Origin: Candidatus Aenigmatarchaeota archaeon
GTDB lineage: Archaea; Aenigmatarchaeota; Aenigmatarchaeia; GW2011-AR5
Direction: 5' to 3'
DNA: 64,000 bases
NCBI GenBank assembly: GCA_039091535.1
Contig: JAWCLW010000002.1
Location: 46,690-110,689 of the forward strand
Position numbers and translations under genes: made by a program. Position 1 is the first letter of the stretch; every line of letters begins with the position of its first letter. The notes under the pieces were generated by a model. That model was given only the letters and a program-made list of their open reading frames with translations, did no database searches and was not told the DNA's origin. Shown in pieces: positions 58,869 through 64,000 of the stretch.

Positions 58869-58990
58869 GGGCCGGTAGCTTAGCTCGGAAACCACACAAG
58901 TGGTTGTGAAATAGAGCACCAGTCTTATAAGACAGCTAAGCAAAAAACTAAGCTAACTGGGGGTCATGAGTTCAAATCTCATCCGGCCCA
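58869..58990 (+). tRNA. tRNA-Ile(UAU) with two introns (about 22 nt in the D-loop, 25 nt at 37/38)
   Basis: GGGCCGG-TA-GCTT-[AGCTCGG+AAACCACACAAGTGGTTGTGAA+ATA]-GAGC-A-CCAGT-[CTTATA+25 nt+A]-ACTGG-GGGTC-ATGAG-TTCAAAT-CTCAT-CCGGCCC-A. Confidence 0.75.
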
Positions 58991-59071
58991 TATCTCTTTT
59001 CTTTAAAAATAAAAATTAAATGTAATTTAAATATGAATAGAAGGAAGAATACAAATATGGTAACATTTATT

Positions 59072-59533
59072 TTATCCATGATAGTATGTTCTTTCTGTGC
59101 TAAACTTTAGATTATTCCACCCAATAGAAAGTTTTTTACACAGGTTTGTAAGTTCGAATTCTAATTCGTTATTCCAAAAGCTCCATGTTTTTTTTATCCA
59201 TTCTATTGTTTTTTTCTCGTTTGGATGTAATAATAAAAGATTATTTTCCCATTTCAAGACTTGTATTTTTTTATAAATTTCAAATAATTTCATTCTTTCA
59301 TTATTTGAAAGCATATCTTGTTCAAAGAAGCAGCAGAATGATTCTGGCTGACCTATTAATGGCTCTAAAATCTTTTCTGTTAAGTTAAAGATTCTATCAG
59401 AAATTTCATTTCTTATATTCTCAAACAATTTCTCATCATTTTTTATCTCTATGTTAAATGTTTCTTTAAGTTTTTGAATGTGTGGAAGACCAAATTTTTC
59501 TTGAATTTTTCTGTACTTTTCATTAATTTCCAT
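59072..59533 (-). CDS. hypothetical protein
   Basis: A clean 153-aa ORF with no recognised motif. Confidence 0.4.
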   Translation of the reverse strand: MEINEKYRKIQEKFGLPHIQKLKETFNIEIKNDEKLFENIRNEISDRIFNLTEKILEPLIGQPESFCCFFEQDMLSNNERMKLFEIYKKIQVLKWENNLLLLHPNEKKTIEWIKKTWSFWNNELEFELTNLCKKLSIGWNNLKFSTERTYYHG

Positions 59534-59611
59534 TTTTCATCGTTTAAAAATATTTTACAGAAAATATAAAAGATTAATTGTGCAAAAATTTTTATCATCA
59601 AAAAAAGAAAA

Positions 59612-60271
59612 ATGGTATTATTTATGAAAATTGTAATAAAAATTGGAGGATCTATGGCTTTTGATGAAAATGGTCCTAAAATTAGGTATCTTGAAAAACT
59701 TGTTCCTATATTGAAAAAAATAAAAAATAAGAATCAGTTAATTGTTTCTATTGGCGGAGGTAAATTTATAAGAAAATATTTAAAAAATGTAAAAGGAAAA
59801 ATATCAAATGAAGAAATAGAATGGATTTTTGTTGATCTATTAAAAGCAAATGTAAGATTGCTTTCCAATTTACTTAATATGAAACCTATTTTTGATTTAA
59901 AGAGCGTAAATAAAAAAACGAGTGGGGTTATCGGAGGTATAATGCCAGGCCGTTCTACTGATGCAAATGCAGCAATATGTGCTGAAAAAATAAATGCAGA
60001 TTTGTTTATTAAATTAACAAATGTATCTGGTATTTATGATAAGGACCCAAATAAATACAAGCGAGCAAAAAAATTAAAAAAGATCTTATTTTCTGATTTG
60101 AATAAATTGAAAACAAAAACATCGCCAGGGAATTATGGCATTCTCGATCCAATGGCAATAGATATCATAAGAAAAAATAGAATAAGGACAATCATAATTA
60201 ATGGTAAAAATCCAAAAAACATCTTAGATGTTATTCATGGAAAAAATATTGGAACTGTGATAAGTGATTAA
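59612..60271 (+). CDS. pyrH: uridylate kinase (archaeal PyrH, amino-acid-kinase fold)
   Basis: IKIGGS, SIGGGKFIRKY, PGRSTDANAAICAE and TNVSGIYDKDP. It lacks the HGGGSFGH motif of isopentenyl phosphate kinase. Confidence 0.75.
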   Translation: MVLFMKIVIKIGGSMAFDENGPKIRYLEKLVPILKKIKNKNQLIVSIGGGKFIRKYLKNVKGKISNEEIEWIFVDLLKANVRLLSNLLNMKPIFDLKSVNKKTSGVIGGIMPGRSTDANAAICAEKINADLFIKLTNVSGIYDKDPNKYKRAKKLKKILFSDLNKLKTKTSPGNYGILDPMAIDIIRKNRIRTIIINGKNPKNILDVIHGKNIGTVISD

Positions 60272-60425
60272 AATCATAAAATATAATAGAGCAACACCAA
60301 AAATATAACTATTATAAAAAATGTGGTCCATTTTTCTTCTTTGCTAAGTTTTACACTTTTCATATTATTCACAATAATATTTTATATTCTTAGTTTAAAA
60401 AGATTTTTTATAAAATTTATTTTGT

Positions 60426-60545
60426 GGGCCTGTTGTCTAGTGGCTATAATTATAGATAATTAAAATATTGATTTGAAGAATTCAAACCATATATGACGCA
60501 ACCTTCACACGGTTGAGGTCGCAGGTTCGATTCCTGCCAGGCCCA
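60426..60545 (+). tRNA. tRNA-Val(CAC) with a ~47-nt intron in the D-arm (about 21/22) and no anticodon-loop intron
   Basis: GGGCCTG-TT-GTCT-AGTGGCTA-[about 47 nt, AT-rich, with palindromes CTATAA/TTATAG and TTTGAA/TTCAAA]-TGAC-G-CAACC-TTCACAC-GGTTG-AGGTC-GCAGG-TTCGATT-CCTGC-CAGGCCC-A. Confidence 0.7.
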
Positions 60546-60547
60546 TT

Positions 60548-61606
60548 ATGGATCCAGAAATAGTTACAAAAATTAAAAATATAATCCAAGAAAAAAATCT
60601 TGATTTAATAATCATTAAAAACTCTAACAAAATCGATCCAACATTTTTCTGGTTGACAGGAATAGATAAAGGTAGTTTTGAGTATTCTGATCTATTTGTT
60701 CAGTTAAATAGAATAAAATTAATTGTATCCCATTTTGATATACATATTGCAAATCAATGGAACATTCCAACAATTATAAGTAAAAAAGGCATATTTGAAA
60801 GACATCTTAAATTATATAAATATAAAAGAATAGGAGTAAATTATAGTGCTATAACAAAATCAGATTTCGATAATATAAAAAAATTGACAAGAGCAAAGTT
60901 GATCGATATTTCAAAACCTTTAAGTTTTGCACGTGGTATAAAGACTCGACAGGAAATAAAAAGAATAAAAAAGGCATGTAAAATTTCTTCGTCGATAATG
61001 GAGCAAATTTCAAATTTTATAATTCCTGGACAAAGAGAAAATCAAATAGCTGCAAAAATACAACAACTTATTTTGGAAAATGGTTGTATATCATCATTTG
61101 ACCCAATTGTTGCAAGTGGTTCAAATAGTGCATATATGCACCATTCAATAACAACTAGAAAAATAAGGCATGGTGATTTGATACTTATAGACTTTGGTGT
61201 GATGTATAAGAAATATTGTTCAGACATTAGTCGCACATTTGTTCTTGGAAGACCAAATACCAAACAGAAAAAAATGTTTGATGTTGTGCAGATTGCACAA
61301 CAATTAGCATTTGATAAGCTAAAATCTGGTGTTGATGGTAAAATAATATACGATTCTGTTAAAAGATTTCTTGATAGTAAATATCCAAAATGTTTTATAC
61401 ACAGTCTTGGTCATGGTATTGGTATAGATGTACACGATTTTCCAAGAGATATTGGAAAAACAAATTTGAAAACTAATATGATTTTCACAATTGAGCCTGG
61501 AGTTTATATCCCACATTTTGGTGGAATAAGACTTGAGGATGTTGTACTTATAACAAAAAATAGATATAAATTATTAACAAAGCCAGATGTAGAATTTATT
61601 ATATGA
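60548..61606 (+). CDS. Xaa-Pro aminopeptidase / prolidase (M24B family)
   Basis: Metal-ligand segments DFGVMYKKYCSDISRT, HSLGHGIGIDVHD, IEPGVY and IRLED. The ATG lies 2 nt after the tRNA-Val discriminator base. Confidence 0.85.
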   Translation: MDPEIVTKIKNIIQEKNLDLIIIKNSNKIDPTFFWLTGIDKGSFEYSDLFVQLNRIKLIVSHFDIHIANQWNIPTIISKKGIFERHLKLYKYKRIGVNYSAITKSDFDNIKKLTRAKLIDISKPLSFARGIKTRQEIKRIKKACKISSSIMEQISNFIIPGQRENQIAAKIQQLILENGCISSFDPIVASGSNSAYMHHSITTRKIRHGDLILIDFGVMYKKYCSDISRTFVLGRPNTKQKKMFDVVQIAQQLAFDKLKSGVDGKIIYDSVKRFLDSKYPKCFIHSLGHGIGIDVHDFPRDIGKTNLKTNMIFTIEPGVYIPHFGGIRLEDVVLITKNRYKLLTKPDVEFII

Positions 61607-62149
61607 CTATTGTTTTCTATATTTAACAATTTTCTCAATAATAAATTCTGTAAAATCCCAATTTCACATATGTTTTGCATTTTTGTAAATCCAATCATTA
61701 CGAAGTAAATATCTTACCTTAAAGAACATATATGCATCATCCAATTTCTCATATGAAACATGCCCTTTTAAGTTTAGAAATGGATCTGTATAGAATCTAT
61801 AAACTATACTATGAGTTTTACATTTAATCCGATACTTTTATCAAGCTTCCTGGCACCATGGGCAAAATCATTTGGATTACACTTTTGAAAACTATATTTA
61901 TAAATGTCTTTTTCAGACTATTTTCTATTATCATTCTGAAAATTTATAGAGCCTTATTTTCACCAAATTCTCTTTTAAGAACAAGAAATGTATTTTCATA
62001 CCAAACCAAAAAAATGCTTTATTATGTTTCATATTTTTTTAATTTAAAAACTTTTAATAATATATTTAAATAAATTAAAGTGTAAATACCAAGAAAAAAA
62101 AGAACGGATAGAAGTTTCAAATAAACTTAATTCACTATGAGGTCTTTTT

Positions 62150-63139
62150 ATGAAAGCAACTGCAATAGCAAATGCAAATATAGCTCTTGTAAAATATTGG
62201 GGGAAAAGAAACAAAGAACTTATACTTCCATATAATGGGAGTATATCAATGACAGTTGATGGCTTATCAACAATAACAACTGTCGAATTTTCTGATCAAT
62301 ATGAAAAAGATATTATAATTATAAATGATGAGGAATTAAAAAAAGATGAGAAAGATATAATTGGTCACATTGAAAGAATAAGAAAGATGGCCGGTATAAC
62401 ACAAAAAGCAAAGGTTGTTTCAGAGTCAAATTTTCCTGTGGCAGCTGGTCTTGCTTCTTCTGCTTCTGGATTAGCAGCTTTAACATTAGCAGCAGCAAAA
62501 GCAGCTGGGTTAAATCTGAATAAAAAACAATTATCTATACTTGCAAGGCAAGGTTCTGGCTCTGCTTGTAGATCAATCTTTGGTGGTTTTGTTGAATGGA
62601 AAAAAGGGAAAAAGGAAGATGGAAGTGATTCTTTTGCAAAGCAGATTGCTGGTAAAAACTATTGGCCAGAATTCAGAATGATTACAACAATTGTTACAGA
62701 AGCAAAGAAAAAAGTAGGAAGCCGTGCAGGGATGGCACAGACTGTTGATACATGCCCATTTTATAAATCATGGGTAAAAACAGCAAATCAAGATTTGAAA
62801 ATTATAAGAAAAGGGATTAAAAAAAGAGATTTCACAACAGTAGGCTCTCAGTCAGAATATAATTGCCTTAAGATGCATGCAACAATGATTACAACAAAAC
62901 CACCCATAATATATTGGATTCCTACAACAATGGAAATAATTCAGAGTGTACTTGCATGGAGAGAAGAAGGATTAGAATCCTATTTTACAATTGATGCAGG
63001 ACCTAATGTTAAAGTTATGTGCCTAGAAAAAGACGAAAACGAAATAAACAAAAGATTACAGGAATTGAATGGTGTAATAAAAACAATCATATGCAAACCA
63101 GGTGACGATGCAAAATTGATTGATAAGCATTTGTTTTAG
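62150..63139 (+). CDS. mvaD: mevalonate (di)phosphate decarboxylase family protein (GHMP superfamily)
   Basis: NIALVKYWGKRN, AAGLASSASG and GSGSACRSIFGGF. The substrate (MVAPP, MVAP or another) cannot be told from the sequence. Confidence 0.85.
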   Translation: MKATAIANANIALVKYWGKRNKELILPYNGSISMTVDGLSTITTVEFSDQYEKDIIIINDEELKKDEKDIIGHIERIRKMAGITQKAKVVSESNFPVAAGLASSASGLAALTLAAAKAAGLNLNKKQLSILARQGSGSACRSIFGGFVEWKKGKKEDGSDSFAKQIAGKNYWPEFRMITTIVTEAKKKVGSRAGMAQTVDTCPFYKSWVKTANQDLKIIRKGIKKRDFTTVGSQSEYNCLKMHATMITTKPPIIYWIPTTMEIIQSVLAWREEGLESYFTIDAGPNVKVMCLEKDENEINKRLQELNGVIKTIICKPGDDAKLIDKHLF

Positions 63140-63144
63140 GTTTT

Positions 63145-63908
63145 ATGATGAAAATAAAACAAATAGAACAATTTGTCAAAAATAAAACAAAAAATGTTTT
63201 TTCTGTTACACATAATTTCGGGCATCTTAAAAGAACAGCAGTTGGTGCAAAATGGTTTGTAAAAATTCTTGGTGGAACAAAAGAAGAAGAAAAGTTAGCA
63301 TATATTGCTGGTTTATTACATGATATAAAAAGACCAACAACAGAAAAGATTTGTCATGCAAAAGCAAGCGCTGAAAGTGCAAGAAAAATTCTTAAAAAAT
63401 TCAAATTAAAAAAGATGATATAGAAAAAATAATTTCTGCAATAGCAACACATAGAGATATAACTAAATGCAAAACAATTTTGCAAAAATCTATTATTTTT
63501 TCTGATAAAATTTTTGAGCAGATGGGTGCTTTTATTGTTTTCAGACGATGTGCATATATTGGTGAATGTGTTGAGTATAAAAACAGAGAATTTAAAGAAG
63601 TTATAATCTCACACTTTGAGAAACGCCTTTCTAAATATAATCCAAATGAATTTCCTCGAAAATTTTCAAAACTTGTGAATTATCTCTATCAATATCCAAA
63701 AAACTTTTTGGAGGCTTTTAAAAATAATGAAGAATGGGCAAAAGAAATTGCTAGATATTTCTATAATTGCGGAAGGAATAAAATGAAATTTGAGAAATGC
63801 ATTAAAAGCTTCAGACCAAAATTTAAAGAAAGCGAGCTATACAAAAAAGAAGCTTTAGATTATGTTAATGGCAAATTAATTAAAGAATTTGAGAAGATGA
63901 TAAAATGA
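63145..63908 (+). CDS. HD-domain phosphohydrolase, split into two frames by a -1 shift at an A_AAA_AAG heptamer (63408-63414)
   Basis: ORF1 (63145..63423) has H...HLKR...[10 protein letters not shown] (HD motif). The -1 frame is open from 63396 and continues ...[17 protein letters not shown]... into ORF2 (to 63908). Confidence 0.6.
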
Positions 63909-64000
63909 TAACTGTATCATCACCAGGTAAAGTTCATTTGATTGGCGAACATGCAGTTGTTTATGGTGAACCAGCAATAATAGCTGCAATTGGTAAAAGA
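63905..64000 (+). CDS. mvk: mevalonate kinase, N-terminal fragment (continues beyond the window)
   Basis: [32 protein letters not shown] matches the GHMP/MVK N-terminal motif. Its start overlaps the previous stop (ATGA). Confidence 0.85.
   Translation, partial: MITVSSPGKVHLIGEHAVVYGEPAIIAAIGKR

Noticed and set aside
59612-60271. Possibility that the amino-acid-kinase gene is isopentenyl phosphate kinase, completing a modified mevalonate pathway
   Set aside because: The sequence shows the UMP-kinase-type GGGKFIRKY and STDANAA...NVSGIYDKDP motifs and lacks the IPK HGGGSFGH motif. It was called pyrH.
60274-60363. 29-aa minus-strand ORF MKSVKLSKEEKWTTFFIIVIFLVLLYYIL (one TM)
   Set aside because: It is plausible as a micro-protein, but it is indistinguishable from chance in AT-rich DNA without conservation or expression data.
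61858-62073. 71-aa plus-strand ORF
   Set aside because: Its low-complexity hydrophobic/basic sequence lies within a region that looks like a decayed gene. There is no start context and it is not credible as a CDS.

Overview
The window is a very AT-rich, gene-dense archaeal chromosome segment. The gene content is informational and housekeeping. It includes TopoVI A/B, RadA, RPA, a histone, a thermosome, FtsZ and MinD. It also carries the secE-spt5-L11-L1-L10-P1 ribosomal cluster, aIF-1A, the tRNA-splicing endonuclease EndA, and Trp/Met/Ala/Leu/Phe/Gly aminoacyl-tRNA synthetases. The extreme AT bias, Lys/Glu-rich protein tails and heavily interrupted tRNA genes suggest a small-genome, DPANN-like archaeon, but this is inference, not proof. 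The window has no rRNA, no CRISPR array and no recognisable transposon.

Observations worth a second look:
1. A roughly 400-bp array of helically phased GTGAAC/ATGAAT motifs, including four perfect 11-bp tandem repeats, sits directly upstream of an Orc1/Cdc6-like AAA+/wHTH gene. It is a candidate replication origin or iteron array.
2. All six tRNA genes are interrupted. Five carry non-canonical introns (D-loop, T-loop or anticodon stem) and three carry two introns each. One is a tRNA-Ile with a UAU anticodon. A small single-unit EndA gene lies next to two of them.
3. One protein fuses four CBS domains to a C-terminal region resembling the bacterial HPF/RaiA (S30AE) ribosome-hibernation fold.
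4. An eight-gene type IV pilus-like operon encodes four prepilins that all start with 'MKG', plus a split platform protein.
5. One protein fuses an APC permease to a SAM-dependent methyltransferase.
6. An HD-domain gene inside a mevalonate-pathway cluster is interrupted exactly at an A_AAA_AAG -1 slippery heptamer.
7. The AlaRS is bacterial-type and lacks the C-Ala domain.
8. A short remnant of a serpin reactive-centre loop survives in an intergenic spacer.

All calls rest on reading the sequence and translations by eye. No database search or RNA folding was run.
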